A DNA stretch of 64,000 bases from an uncultured SAR86 cluster bacterium. Its GTDB lineage: Bacteria; Pseudomonadota; Gammaproteobacteria; Magnimaribacterales; TMED112. Below the pieces are notes generated by a model that saw only the letters and a list, made by a program, of their open reading frames with translations, was not told the origin of the DNA and searched no databases. Below are positions 54,695 to 64,000 of the stretch, in pieces. The stretch covers positions 144,422 through 208,421 of the forward strand of contig CACLXU010000001.1 in NCBI GenBank assembly GCA_902610995.1, in the 5' to 3' direction. The translations under genes were made by a program, and so were the position numbers. Positions within the stretch are counted from its first letter, which is position 1. Each line of letters opens with the position of its first letter.

Positions 54695-56755
54695 ATGTCA
54701 TCGAATCAAAAAATTGAAGCATCGTCTTTGCTTGTTACAACTGTTAAGGGTGTAGGAGAAAAAGTATCACTTAACCTTAGTAAGCTAGGGATCCAGACTA
54801 TTGAGGACCTTTTGTTTCATTTTCCAATTAACTATCAAGATAGAACTAAACTTAATAAAATTGCTGCTCTAGAGCCTGATCAAGAGTTTGTTGTCCAAGG
54901 AGTAATTGAAAAGGTTTCACAGACATTTGTTCCTAGAAAAATGCTCCTTGTTAAAATTAAAGACACTACTGGTCATATCTACTTAAGGTTTTTTTACTAT
55001 TTTCCAGGTTTAAGGAATGTTTTTAAAGAGGGTTCAAAAATACAGGTGGCTGGAACCTCCCGCTTGGGAAGGTACGGCCTTGAAACAATTCATCCTGATT
55101 ATGAGCTTATCTTAAATGATGAGTTCAAACCACAAATCTTGCCCAAGTACCGTCTTACGAAAGGCATAAGTCAACAAAAAATGCGTAATTTAATCCAAGC
55201 TGCAATTGAACTAGTAAAAAATAAAGGGATTGAAATTCAAGATTATTTACCTAAGAATTCATTAAAGCCATTAAATGAAGCAATTATAAACCTTCATCAA
55301 CCAAATCCTCATTCAAATATAAATGAGTATTTAATTGGGGGTGCCTCGGAGTTTCGAAGAAGAGTAGCCCTTGAGGAGATAATTGCAAATAAAATTAGCT
55401 ACCTATCAGTACGAGAGCAAAACAAAATTAAAAAGACACATTGTTTTTCTGACAAAAAACTTGCTGATCAAATTTTAAGGGAACTTTCTTTTAATCTTAC
55501 CCAAGATCAGGAAAATGCATATAAGGAAATATTTAATGATATTTCATGTGAAACACCAATGCTAAGGTTGTTGCAGGGTGATGTTGGTTCTGGAAAAACA
55601 ATTGTTGCTGCTTTAATTGCATCATCTATTGTTGCGGATAATAAACAAGTAGCAATTCTTGCTCCCACAACAATTCTTGCAAATCAGCATTATCAAAATT
55701 TTGTACAGTGGTTTGGTTGTGACGATGAAATTGAACTTCTTACATCAAAAATTGCAGTAAAAGAAAAGAGACAAATTTATCAGAAGATTCAATCAGGAAA
55801 AACAAAAATTATAATTGGTACACATGCTGTTTTTCAAAAAGATGTAGTTTATAAGAACTTAAGTCTTGTGATTTACGACGAACAACACCGATTTGGTGTA
55901 AGCCAAAGACTAAAACTCAAGGAAAAGTCTGAAAATTTTCCACATCAACTTCTTTTATCGGCAACTCCAATTCCTAGAACAATGGCTATGGGAGTATTAT
56001 CTGGATTAGATGTTTCAACAATTAAGTCACTTCCTCCAAATAGGAAACCTATAGTTACTTCAACACTTCCCAATAAAAGAAGGGGTGCCCTCATAAGTAG
56101 AATAAAAAGCGCGATTTCTGAAGGCGCTCAGGTTTATTGGGTTTGCCCATTAATAGACGAAAGTGAGACAGAACTTATTGGAATAGAGGATTTAGAGAAA
56201 ATTCTTTCAAAAGAGTTTAAGCCCGATGACTATCAAATCATACATGGGAAAATGAAGGATGCAGATAAAGAAAGAATTCTTAGAGCATTCAAAGATAAAA
56301 AGACAAAAATTCTTCTAGCAACAACAGTTATTGAGGTTGGTATTGATGTTCCAAATGCAAATATTATGGTGATTGAAAATTCGGAAAGATTTGGACTTTC
56401 TCAACTACACCAGTTAAGAGGGAGAGTAGGAAGAGGCGAAAGGGATAGTTTTTGCATCTTAATGCATAGTAATGCTCTTACTGAATTAGCTGAACAAAGG
56501 TTAAATATAATTTCTAGCACTACTGACGGTTTTGTAATTGCTGAAGAAGATTTAACGCTTAGGGGTCCTGGTGACATACTAGGCTTATCTCAGACAGGAC
56601 AGCCAAGCTTTAATTTTTATGATCTTCTAGCAGATGAGAAATTACAGAGTGAAGCCAATAAGCTGGCTTTAGAAATTGTAAAAATGCCAATTGAAACACA
56701 ACAGAAAATTGTCGAAAGATGGTTTCCAGCACATCTTGAACTTTCTGATGTTTGA
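54695..56755 (+). CDS. recG: ATP-dependent DNA helicase RecG
   Basis: 686 aa. Wedge domain, GDVGSGKT, DEQHRFG, SATPIPRT, QLHQLRGRVGRG. Confidence 0.95.
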   Translation: MSSNQKIEASSLLVTTVKGVGEKVSLNLSKLGIQTIEDLLFHFPINYQDRTKLNKIAALEPDQEFVVQGVIEKVSQTFVPRKMLLVKIKDTTGHIYLRFFYYFPGLRNVFKEGSKIQVAGTSRLGRYGLETIHPDYELILNDEFKPQILPKYRLTKGISQQKMRNLIQAAIELVKNKGIEIQDYLPKNSLKPLNEAIINLHQPNPHSNINEYLIGGASEFRRRVALEEIIANKISYLSVREQNKIKKTHCFSDKKLADQILRELSFNLTQDQENAYKEIFNDISCETPMLRLLQGDVGSGKTIVAALIASSIVADNKQVAILAPTTILANQHYQNFVQWFGCDDEIELLTSKIAVKEKRQIYQKIQSGKTKIIIGTHAVFQKDVVYKNLSLVIYDEQHRFGVSQRLKLKEKSENFPHQLLLSATPIPRTMAMGVLSGLDVSTIKSLPPNRKPIVTSTLPNKRRGALISRIKSAISEGAQVYWVCPLIDESETELIGIEDLEKILSKEFKPDDYQIIHGKMKDADKERILRAFKDKKTKILLATTVIEVGIDVPNANIMVIENSERFGLSQLHQLRGRVGRGERDSFCILMHSNALTELAEQRLNIISSTTDGFVIAEEDLTLRGPGDILGLSQTGQPSFNFYDLLADEKLQSEANKLALEIVKMPIETQQKIVERWFPAHLELSDV

Positions 56756-56770
56756 CCTACATATATTGCC

Positions 56771-57700
56771 ATGGGTAAATTAATAGATGGCGAGTGGATT
56801 GTAAAATCCATTATAACAACCGATGATTCAGGAGCTTATGATCGTCTCCCTAGAACATTTTTAGATACTATTGAAAATGGTCATCCAATATTTCAGCCAG
56901 AACTAGGACGCTATCATTTATATGTGAGTTACGCCTGCCCGTGGGCTACCAGGACTTTAATATATAGACAACTTAAAGATCTAAATGATCACATTAGTGT
57001 AAGTGTTGTGCATCCAGATATGTTGGATGATGGCTGGGTTTTTGATTCTAGTTTCCCTGGTGCAACTGAAGACCATTTGTTCGGAAAAAAATTTCTAAGA
57101 GAAATATATCAGAAAGCTGACCCCTTAATTACCACAAGTGTCACTGTGCCAATTCTATGGGACAAAAAAACTGAAACTATTGTTAACAACGAATCTTCAC
57201 AAATTATTCGAATTCTTAACACAGCATTCAACGACCTAACTGGTAATCATATTGATTTTTATCCTCAAGAAAAAAGAACAGAAATAGATAGGCTTAATGA
57301 CATGATCTATAACAATGTGAATAACGGAGTTTATAAATCAGGCTTTGCGTTAACCCAAAGCGCCTACGATGACGCGGTAACCAAATTATTTGAAACATTG
57401 GATTATCTTGATGAACAATTAAGCCACTCCAAGTTTTTAGTTGGTGATGATATTACTGAGGCTGATTTAAGACTTATCCCGACTTTGCTAAGATTTGATG
57501 CTGTTTATGTTACGCATTTTAAATGCAATCTCAGTCGTATGGTTGATTACAAAAATCTGCATAGATACATGCAAGATATGTTAGAAGTTCCAGCGATTAA
57601 AGATACTTGCAATATTGATCACATTAAACGTCATTACTATTACAGCCATGAGCAAATAAATCCATATAGGATTATTCCCAAAGGCCCTAGTACTTTATGA
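56771..57700 (+). CDS. yqjG: glutathionyl-hydroquinone reductase (Xi-class GST, YqjG/ECM4 type)
   Basis: 309 aa. GRYHLYVSYACPWATR (CPWA active site), VPILWD, NGVYKSGFA. Confidence 0.85.
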   Translation: MGKLIDGEWIVKSIITTDDSGAYDRLPRTFLDTIENGHPIFQPELGRYHLYVSYACPWATRTLIYRQLKDLNDHISVSVVHPDMLDDGWVFDSSFPGATEDHLFGKKFLREIYQKADPLITTSVTVPILWDKKTETIVNNESSQIIRILNTAFNDLTGNHIDFYPQEKRTEIDRLNDMIYNNVNNGVYKSGFALTQSAYDDAVTKLFETLDYLDEQLSHSKFLVGDDITEADLRLIPTLLRFDAVYVTHFKCNLSRMVDYKNLHRYMQDMLEVPAIKDTCNIDHIKRHYYYSHEQINPYRIIPKGPSTL

Positions 57701-58506
57701 ATAAAAGAATAATACCTGCACTGGAAACATCTGATGGGGCTGGAGTAAAAATTTTCAGAAGTCTTGGCCATACGCAAGAAGTTAGACTTGACCCATTTTT
57801 AATGCTGGATGAGTTTTGCTCAGAAAATCCAAATGACTACATTGGCGGTTTTCCTTCGCACCCACACAGAGGTTTCGAAACTTTTACTTATATGATTGAA
57901 GGCCACTTAAAACATGAGGACAGCATGGGCAACAGTGGAGAATTGAAATCTGGTGAAATCCAATGGATGACAGCAGGCCGAGGAATCGTGCACTCTGAGA
58001 TGCCATTACAAAAAGATGGTCTTATGAAAGGATTCCAACTTTGGGTTAATTTACCCTCTAGTGAAAAAATGCAGCCACCACGTTATAAAGACATCAAAGC
58101 TTCCGAGATTATATCTATAGAAGAAGGTTCAACACGGATAAAATTAATTGCAGGCAATTACAAAGAATATCAAGGCCCAATACAAGGATTAACAACAGAG
58201 CTGGATTATTTTGATATTTCAATTAGCGAAGATGCTTTTTCATTTATTGGTGATGAAAAGAAAAACTACTTTCTCTATCCTTTTGAAGGAGAAATAGAGG
58301 TTAATGATGAAACGCTTTCCTCAAGAAATGGCATCTGCTTTTCAGGATCAGCTAAGATCACCACCAAACATCAATCTAGGTTCCTATTAATAGGAGGCAA
58401 GCCGCTTTTTGAGCCAATTTTTCAATATGGGCCTTTTGTGATGAATACAAAAAACGAGATTCTTCAAGCAATTGAAGACTTCCAGTCTGGGTCTTTTGGC
58501 AAATAG
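57697..58506 (+). CDS. pirin family protein
   Basis: 269 aa. FPSHPHRGFETFTYMIEG, HSE, QLWVNLP. Confidence 0.9.
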   Translation: MNKRIIPALETSDGAGVKIFRSLGHTQEVRLDPFLMLDEFCSENPNDYIGGFPSHPHRGFETFTYMIEGHLKHEDSMGNSGELKSGEIQWMTAGRGIVHSEMPLQKDGLMKGFQLWVNLPSSEKMQPPRYKDIKASEIISIEEGSTRIKLIAGNYKEYQGPIQGLTTELDYFDISISEDAFSFIGDEKKNYFLYPFEGEIEVNDETLSSRNGICFSGSAKITTKHQSRFLLIGGKPLFEPIFQYGPFVMNTKNEILQAIEDFQSGSFGK

Positions 58507-58510
58507 TTGG

Positions 58511-58702
58511 CTAACCTAATAAATAATCCCAACTAAATATAGCAGCATATAGGGTTGGCCATATTAGCAAGAACATAAAAGGACTTTTCCATTCCAGTTT
58601 AAAAATTCTCCTAACCACCTCAGCTAAAATTCCCCAAATACCAAATATTACTAGCAAATTTAATGCCATTGAGGCTACTGATAAAAGCGTTTCGTTAACC
58701 AT
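58511..58702 (-). CDS. hypothetical small membrane protein
   Basis: 63 aa with two hydrophobic helices. It has an 8-nt ATGGTTAA overlap with the preceding small ORF. I recognise no family, and it lies downstream of the hppA terminator. Confidence 0.3.
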   Translation of the reverse strand: MVNETLLSVASMALNLLVIFGIWGILAEVVRRIFKLEWKSPFMFLLIWPTLYAAIFSWDYLLG

Positions 58703-58922
58703 GAGCCATTGAGTAGATTGTCATAAATAATATACCTGTGCCTAGCGTGCCTGCTACCAGAACAAGATAATCAACTACACCAACCAATGCTAATTTTGAC
58801 CAGGTTTCATTGGCTTTGGTTTTGCGAAAAGCAGAAACTTTAAAAAGAACGAATGAGACTAAAAAAACTGCGCCTCCGAGAGTGAAAATCTCCATAAATT
58901 TAATACATAAAAAAAGGGCCAC
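58695..58922 (-). CDS. hypothetical small membrane protein
   Basis: 75 aa with two hydrophobic helices. The track start is a GTG inside the stem of the hppA terminator; an internal ATG (MEIFTLGG) at 58895 is an alternative. I recognise no family. Confidence 0.3.
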   Translation of the reverse strand: MALFLCIKFMEIFTLGGAVFLVSFVLFKVSAFRKTKANETWSKLALVGVVDYLVLVAGTLGTGILFMTIYSMAHG

Positions 58923-58937
58923 CTTTTACAGTAGCCC
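58909..58937 (-). terminator. rho-independent terminator of the rubredoxin-symporter-hppA operon
   Basis: The minus-strand RNA reads GGGCUAC-uguaaaag-GUGGCCC (7 bp including one G-U pair) followed by UUUUUUA. It starts 20 nt after the hppA stop. Confidence 0.6.
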
Positions 58938-58956
58938 TTAAACTAATTTATTTTCT

Positions 58957-60969
58957 TTATAAAAGTGGAGCTATTACTAGACTTACAATAGCCATCACGT
59001 TAATTAAAATATTCATCGATGGTCCTGAAGTATCTTTAAATGGATCTCCCACAGTATCACCAACAACAGTTGCTGAGTGAGTCTCTGTTCCCTTCCCTCC
59101 AAAGTTGCCTTTCTCTACAAATTTTTTTGCGTTATCCCATGCACCACCTGCATTAGCCATCATTAAAGCCATTAATACACATCCAAGAAGTGCGCCTGCA
59201 AGCATGCCTCCAAGATGAATAGGTCCAAGTATAAAACCTACGGCTACTGGTGAAAGAATTGCAATTGCTCCCGGCAATAACATTTTATTTAAGGCAGCTT
59301 TAGTAGCAATATCCACACATTTAGCATTATCAGGTTCAGCTTTACCTTCGAGCAATCCTGGTATCTCTCTGAATTGCCTTCTAATTTCTTCAATCATTTC
59401 AAAAGCAGCATCTCCAACAGCAGTCATTGTTATGGACGAAACGAGGAATGGGATTGTGCCACCTATGAAAATACCCATGAGAACTCTTGGATCGTTTAAT
59501 GAAAGTGTTTCTAGACCAGTAGCAAGCATATAAGCTGCAATAATTGCAAGAGCTGCTAATGCTGCTGCTCCAATGGCAAAACCTTTTCCTATAGCTGCTG
59601 TAGTATTTCCTAATTCATCAAGAGAATCAGTGATCTCTCTAACCTCAGGCTTCATGCCGCTCATTTCAGCTATTCCTCCTGCATTATCTGCAACGGGGCC
59701 GTAAGCGTCAATGGCCATTGTAATTCCAACAGTAGCAAGCATGCCTACCGCTGCGATGCCAACTCCATATAAGCCTGAAAAATGTGTTGAAATGCCAATG
59801 ATTGCTGCAATTACAAATAAAGGCAATACAACAGATTGCATACCCACACTTAAACCTGTAATCATAACTGTAGCTGGACCAGTCTCACCTGATTTTGCAA
59901 TCTTTCCAACAGGCGAATCCTCAGTAGAGCCTCCAGTATAGTATTCAGTTATGAGTCCAATTAAAATTCCACCTACTGCTCCAGTGAGAACTGAATAAAA
60001 AACTGATAGCTCTATATTTGGAGAATAGTAAATACTCAACCCAGCAACAATTAAGAAGATTATAGGTGCAAAAAATGTACCAAACCTCAAAGCCACTGCA
60101 GGTGATTGTGAAACTTGCGTTCTAACAATAAATATTCCTAGAAGAGAACAAAACAAACCTGCCGCTGCCAACCAAAGAGGCAGGAACATAAGATCAGTAT
60201 TTCCAAAGGTTGCAGCAATAGCCATTGATGCAATCATTGCTCCACAATATGATTCGAATATATCTGAGCCCATACCCGCAATGTCGCCAACATTATCTCC
60301 AACGTTGTCTGCAATTACGCCAGGGTTTCTTGGATCATCTTCAGGGATTCCTGCTTCAATTTTTCCAACTAAATCTGCTCCCACATCAGCACTTTTTGTA
60401 TAAATGCCACCACCGACTCTTGAGAATAATGCAACTGCGGAAGCACCTACCCCAAATCCTTCAAGCGATTTAGCTATTTTATCTGGATCATCCATGGCTC
60501 CAGTGAAAAATAGGTATAATCCTCCTAAGCCGACTAAGCCCATTGAGGCCACGCATAGCCCCATGATTGAGCCACCAAAAAAAGATATAGATAAAGCTTC
60601 TTGTTGGCCATGACTTTCAGCTGCCGATGCCGTTCTTACATTTGCTTTTGTTGCTGAATACATGCCGATGAATCCTGCTATTGCTGATGATAATGCTCCA
60701 ACCAAAATGGCTACAGCTGTATACCAGCCTAAAGGTGAAAACCCACATGCCAAAACAAGCGCTAGCACTACTGGAGCCAAAATTTTGTACTCCGTAAGCA
60801 TAAATACCTTTGCGCCAAGGTGAATTTGATCACCAATTTTAACAACAGAATCTTTTCCTGCAGGGTATTTCATGATCAAACCATACAGAATAAAAGCAAA
60901 AAACAGGCCTATAAAACCTGTTGCAAATGGACCCCAGGGGGTCATTGGACCAATAATAAAGTTCTCCAT
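58957..60969 (-). CDS. hppA: membrane-integral pyrophosphatase, K+-dependent type with Na+-pump-like gate motif
   Basis: 670 aa. [49 protein letters not shown]. Confidence 0.95.
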   Translation of the reverse strand: MENFIIGPMTPWGPFATGFIGLFFAFILYGLIMKYPAGKDSVVKIGDQIHLGAKVFMLTEYKILAPVVLALVLACGFSPLGWYTAVAILVGALSSAIAGFIGMYSATKANVRTASAAESHGQQEALSISFFGGSIMGLCVASMGLVGLGGLYLFFTGAMDDPDKIAKSLEGFGVGASAVALFSRVGGGIYTKSADVGADLVGKIEAGIPEDDPRNPGVIADNVGDNVGDIAGMGSDIFESYCGAMIASMAIAATFGNTDLMFLPLWLAAAGLFCSLLGIFIVRTQVSQSPAVALRFGTFFAPIIFLIVAGLSIYYSPNIELSVFYSVLTGAVGGILIGLITEYYTGGSTEDSPVGKIAKSGETGPATVMITGLSVGMQSVVLPLFVIAAIIGISTHFSGLYGVGIAAVGMLATVGITMAIDAYGPVADNAGGIAEMSGMKPEVREITDSLDELGNTTAAIGKGFAIGAAALAALAIIAAYMLATGLETLSLNDPRVLMGIFIGGTIPFLVSSITMTAVGDAAFEMIEEIRRQFREIPGLLEGKAEPDNAKCVDIATKAALNKMLLPGAIAILSPVAVGFILGPIHLGGMLAGALLGCVLMALMMANAGGAWDNAKKFVEKGNFGGKGTETHSATVVGDTVGDPFKDTSGPSMNILINVMAIVSLVIAPLL

Positions 60970-60974
60970 AATAA

Positions 60975-62231
60975 TTATCCCAACTTATTAAATATCTTTT
61001 CTTCTAATTCATTTTCAGATTTAGCTACTATACAAGAAACAGTCGCATCACCGCAAACATTTACCGATGTCCTAATCATGTCCAAAATCCTATCAACTGC
61101 AAGGATTAATCCAATTGCATCTAGAGGAAGGCCAACAGATCCTAATATCAAAGCCAGTGTAACTGTACCTGCAGAGGGTACTGCTGCAGTTCCAATTGAA
61201 GTAATAATTGCTAATAGAACAATCTGAGCATACTGTGTAAGAGTTAAATCTACTCCCACCGTAGAGGCAATAAACATAGTAGCAAGGCCCTGCATAATTG
61301 CTGTTCCATCCATGTTAATAGTAGCCCCAACCGGAATAACAAAAGATGAGACATCTTTTTTAACTCCTAAATCATCAGTAACCGTTTTCAGAGTTACGGG
61401 AATTGTTGCTGCAGAAGAGGATGTTGAAAACGCAAATAAAGCGACATTCCTCATTTTTTGGAAGAAAATAAATGGATTCAAATTTGCAAAAAACTTCAGC
61501 ATCAAAGAATAAGTTACTGTCAAATGAAATAGCAGTACAAAAATTAATAAAACAACATACTGTGCCAGGTCACCAAAGATATTTAAACCCTTTGCCATTA
61601 CATAACTTCCCATCAAGCAAAAAACTCCCACAGGAGCAAAGCTCATTATGAGTAAGACTATTTTCAAAAAAACCGTATTGAGACGTTCAAATGACTTCGA
61701 CATGCCTCCTGTTAATTCATCTGTTAAATTCAACGCTATTCCAAATAAAATGCTTACGAATACGATTCCAAGCATGTTGTTTTCAACAAAAGCACCAAAA
61801 ATATTGTTTGGGAAAATTCTTAACACAGTATCATAAAGGCTGGCTTCTCCAGCTACTGGGGTGAAACTAGCAACTTCGCCCTCGTATCCTGAGAGATTAA
61901 ATACCCACCCAAAAATTAATGCCGTCGTAACAGCAAGTCCGGTTGTGAAGAGATAAAGACCGATTGTTTTAGTTGCAATTGATCCTAACTTTACCATGTT
62001 GGAAAGAGATGAAATCCCCGACACCAAAGAAAAGAAAACTAATGGTACAACTACTAACATTAATAAATTCTTGAACACTTGCCCACCTAAATTAAAAAGA
62101 TATTTCTCAACAAAGATAAATAGCGCTGATGAGTTTAAGTGGTAATGAAAAAGTGAGGCAATTAATACGCCAAGTGCCATTCCGATAAGTACGTTTCTTG
62201 TTAAATTTTTTGGCGCCGAAAGGATACTCAT
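60975..62231 (-). CDS. dicarboxylate/amino acid:cation symporter (DAACS family)
   Basis: 418 aa. SSSAATIP, GATINMDGTAIMQG, SIGTAAVPSAG, DRILDMIRTSVNVCGD. Confidence 0.9.
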   Translation of the reverse strand: MSILSAPKNLTRNVLIGMALGVLIASLFHYHLNSSALFIFVEKYLFNLGGQVFKNLLMLVVVPLVFFSLVSGISSLSNMVKLGSIATKTIGLYLFTTGLAVTTALIFGWVFNLSGYEGEVASFTPVAGEASLYDTVLRIFPNNIFGAFVENNMLGIVFVSILFGIALNLTDELTGGMSKSFERLNTVFLKIVLLIMSFAPVGVFCLMGSYVMAKGLNIFGDLAQYVVLLIFVLLFHLTVTYSLMLKFFANLNPFIFFQKMRNVALFAFSTSSSAATIPVTLKTVTDDLGVKKDVSSFVIPVGATINMDGTAIMQGLATMFIASTVGVDLTLTQYAQIVLLAIITSIGTAAVPSAGTVTLALILGSVGLPLDAIGLILAVDRILDMIRTSVNVCGDATVSCIVAKSENELEEKIFNKLG

Positions 62232-62398
62232 ATTTCAATCATATCAAAATCTTCTTTTCCAACACCACATTCAGGACAAACCCAGTCTTCAGGAACATCT
62301 TCCCATCGGGTACCTGGCTCAATGCCTTCGTCAGGATTCCCTTTTTCTTCATCATAGATCCATCCACAAACGATGCATTCCCATTTTTTATAATTCAT
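62228..62398 (-). CDS. rubA: rubredoxin (not in ORF track, below its length cutoff)
   Basis: Own translation, 56 aa: MNYKKWECIVCGWIYDEEKGNPDEGIEPGTRWEDVPEDWVCPECGVGKEDFDMIEI. It has the two CxxCG knuckles and the conserved aromatic core of rubredoxins. Its stop overlaps the symporter start as ATGA. Confidence 0.9.
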   Translation of the reverse strand: MNYKKWECIVCGWIYDEEKGNPDEGIEPGTRWEDVPEDWVCPECGVGKEDFDMIEI

Positions 62399-62448
62399 AA
62401 AATCAACTCTTTTAAGAGGGAAGTATTATAATCATTCATCACTATATT

Positions 62449-62925
62449 ATGACACCAATTAGACAAACAAACTGGCAGCTTTTCTTAAAAGATAATAATT
62501 TGGTCAATCCTCGACTTATATCTTGGATCAATGAAGATCAATCATTAATTAAAAGGCTATCAAAAAAGTATGGGGAAATATCTCTTGAATTAATATCGGA
62601 AAAAATTTGCAATCATCATGATGAACAAATTTCAGATATCGAATTAGAAGGAAACCTAAGAAAAATATTTCTATCATCTACAAGGGAGGTTGTTTATGCA
62701 GAATCTTTCTTTAGCAACAGTGTTATCAAAAAATTTAACAAATTTAGCGCTCTTGGAGATGAAGCTTTAGGAAATTATTTATTTTCATTGGAAGAAATAG
62801 ATAAGCTTGAAACATACACTGCTGAGTATGTTTTTGATAATTTAATCTATACTGGTCGAAAGTGTATATACTCGCTCTCGAACGAGAAATTCTCTGTAAT
62901 CGAAGTTTTTTTATTCAATGAATAA
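62449..62925 (+). CDS. ubiC: chorismate pyruvate-lyase
   Basis: 158 aa. It is immediately upstream of, and overlaps, ubiA. It has the UbiC-like pattern W...SL.KRL, R.I.L, YAES, LG..LG.YLF, GR...Y, EVFL. Confidence 0.75.
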   Translation: MTPIRQTNWQLFLKDNNLVNPRLISWINEDQSLIKRLSKKYGEISLELISEKICNHHDEQISDIELEGNLRKIFLSSTREVVYAESFFSNSVIKKFNKFSALGDEALGNYLFSLEEIDKLETYTAEYVFDNLIYTGRKCIYSLSNEKFSVIEVFLFNE

Positions 62926-63766
62926 ACTCAATTCATACCTTCAATTAATACGATTCTATAACCCAATCGGATTTTGGCTGCTTCTTTGGCCAGGATTTTG
63001 GGGCCTTTTTATTCATCCAGGTTTTGAGATTTCGCATTTTGTTATTGTCCTCTTAGGTTCTTTTTTAACTAGGTCTTTGGGTTGTGCAATCAATGATTTC
63101 TTAGATAAAGACATTGACGGAAAAGTTTTTAGAACAAAGGATAGGCCCATAGCAGCTGGACTAATTACAAAATTTGAAGCAAAGATCTTCATAATTCTGC
63201 TTTCTCTTATTTGCTTGTTTCTTCTGTCTATGACGAATGAATTTACAATTAAACTTGTATTATTTGCAGCAGTTCCCTTAATAATTATCTATCCTCTAGC
63301 AAAAAGATTTATATCTATACCACAAATTATTCTCGGCATAACATTTGGTCTATCTCTGCCAATTAGTTATTCAATTGTGCATGGAAATATTCATCAAGAT
63401 GCAATCTTTCTCTACGTAGCATGCATCTTTTGGATAATTGCTTACGATGGAATTTATGCTTTAAGCGACTATGAAGATGATCTACGAATCAAACTAAATT
63501 CACTGCCAGTGATTTTTAAGGAAAATACAGCAGCAGTCGTTCTTATGTTTTATTTCATATTTATGATAATGATTGCCATCTACGCATTCACCCATAGCCT
63601 TCAATTATTAGCAATTGGCTTGTTATTTCTGATCTACCAAATGTATTTACAATTTCAGATGATTAAAAGTGAAAGATATATTGAAGCTTTTAAATCAAAT
63701 AGTCATGTTGGATTGGTGATTGCCATGATATTTTTCATAGAAAATCAAAATGAATTATTCAGTTAA
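62918..63766 (+). CDS. ubiA: 4-hydroxybenzoate polyprenyltransferase
   Basis: 282 aa, multi-TM. First Asp-rich motif NDFLDKDIDGKV..RTKDRPIA; second motif YALSDYEDD. Confidence 0.95.
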   Translation: MNKLNSYLQLIRFYNPIGFWLLLWPGFWGLFIHPGFEISHFVIVLLGSFLTRSLGCAINDFLDKDIDGKVFRTKDRPIAAGLITKFEAKIFIILLSLICLFLLSMTNEFTIKLVLFAAVPLIIIYPLAKRFISIPQIILGITFGLSLPISYSIVHGNIHQDAIFLYVACIFWIIAYDGIYALSDYEDDLRIKLNSLPVIFKENTAAVVLMFYFIFMIMIAIYAFTHSLQLLAIGLLFLIYQMYLQFQMIKSERYIEAFKSNSHVGLVIAMIFFIENQNELFS

Positions 63767-64000
63767 AAAAACATTGTCTTCCTGCAAAGGAAAAATTGCT
63801 AATCATCCTGCAAGTGATACTTTTTTTAACTATCAATTTTTATCTAATTTACAGAAATCAGGTTGTGTTGGTAAAGATACCGGCTGGGATCCCAAGTATT
63901 TTGTTCATCAAAATGATTCAGTAATACCATTCTATGAAAAACATAACAGCCAAGGAGAATTTGTTTTTGATTATTCTTGGGCAAATGCCTATTTTAGGTA
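63750..64000 (+). CDS. DUF482 (FemAB-like / GNAT-fold) family protein, N-terminal part; continues past the right edge
   Basis: Own translation from ATG at 63750: MNYSVKKTLSSCKGKIANHPASDTFFNYQFLSNLQKSGCVGKDTGWDPKYFVHQNDSVIPFYEKHNSQGEFVFDYSWANAYFR. This matches the family pattern FL.aLe.SG.vg..tGW.P.y....P.Y.K.hS.GE.vFD..WA.ay. Confidence 0.65.
   Translation, partial: MNYSVKKTLSSCKGKIANHPASDTFFNYQFLSNLQKSGCVGKDTGWDPKYFVHQNDSVIPFYEKHNSQGEFVFDYSWANAYFR

Noticed and set aside
58695-58702. The two small membrane ORFs after hppA, considered as one gene split by a frameshift.
   Set aside because: The ATGGTTAA junction is a standard stop/start overlap with its own ATG, and I see no homopolymer tract that would suggest a recent frameshift. 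I kept them as two low-confidence ORFs instead.
60820-61227. A 135-aa plus-strand ORF across the hppA / symporter junction. Similar shadow ORFs include 24824-25177, 4490-4762, 5850-6125, 59711-59941 and 60225-60613.
   Set aside because: All are antisense to long, motif-rich membrane or enzyme genes. They are typical spurious ORFs of the six-frame track.

Overview
This is a visibly AT-rich, extremely compact stretch of a bacterial chromosome. By my tally of the gaps between accepted ORFs and tRNAs, only about 1.5 kb of the 64 kb is intergenic. There are roughly 28 same-strand start/stop overlaps and 7 convergent 3'-end overlaps.

The content is mostly housekeeping. Several local gene orders are typical of Gammaproteobacteria, especially Pseudomonadales-like genomes: tyrS next to M23-anmK and erpA; pepP-ubiH; rph-pyrE; yicC-gmk-rpoZ-spoT; tsaD next to rpsU; rubredoxin next to ubiC-ubiA. 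Together with the TonB-dependent receptors and streamlining, this suggests a free-living oligotrophic marine gammaproteobacterium, possibly SAR86-like. That assignment is inference only.

I find two tRNAs, Ala-UGC and Ile-GAU, both outside any rRNA operon. I find no rRNA, CRISPR array, transposase, integrase, prophage or recognisable defence genes.

The most unusual region is a seven-gene, same-strand block at 6.1-15.3 kb:
- a small exported His/Cys protein
- a TonB-dependent receptor with five HGDE-type histidine/acidic inserts (36 His)
- a second TonB receptor fused into an overlapping operon with a class C acid phosphatase, a Zn-dependent PhoA-type alkaline phosphatase and an ATP:ADP-translocase-like (NTT-like) carrier
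- a DksA that has lost two of its four zinc-finger cysteines

I read this block as a candidate coupled metal (Zn) capture and organophosphate/nucleotide scavenging system.

Secondary points:
- a rubredoxin gene missed by the ORF track, which heads a rubredoxin - Na-type symporter - pyrophosphatase operon; the pyrophosphatase motifs match the Na+-pumping, K+-dependent class
- a zinc-free L31 type B ribosomal protein
- spoT-pyrB translational coupling
- a 381-bp gap, by far the largest, next to tRNA-Ile, holding an orphan 55-codon ORF and a perfect palindromic terminator

All functional calls rest on motif and colinearity recognition by eye. No database search was possible.
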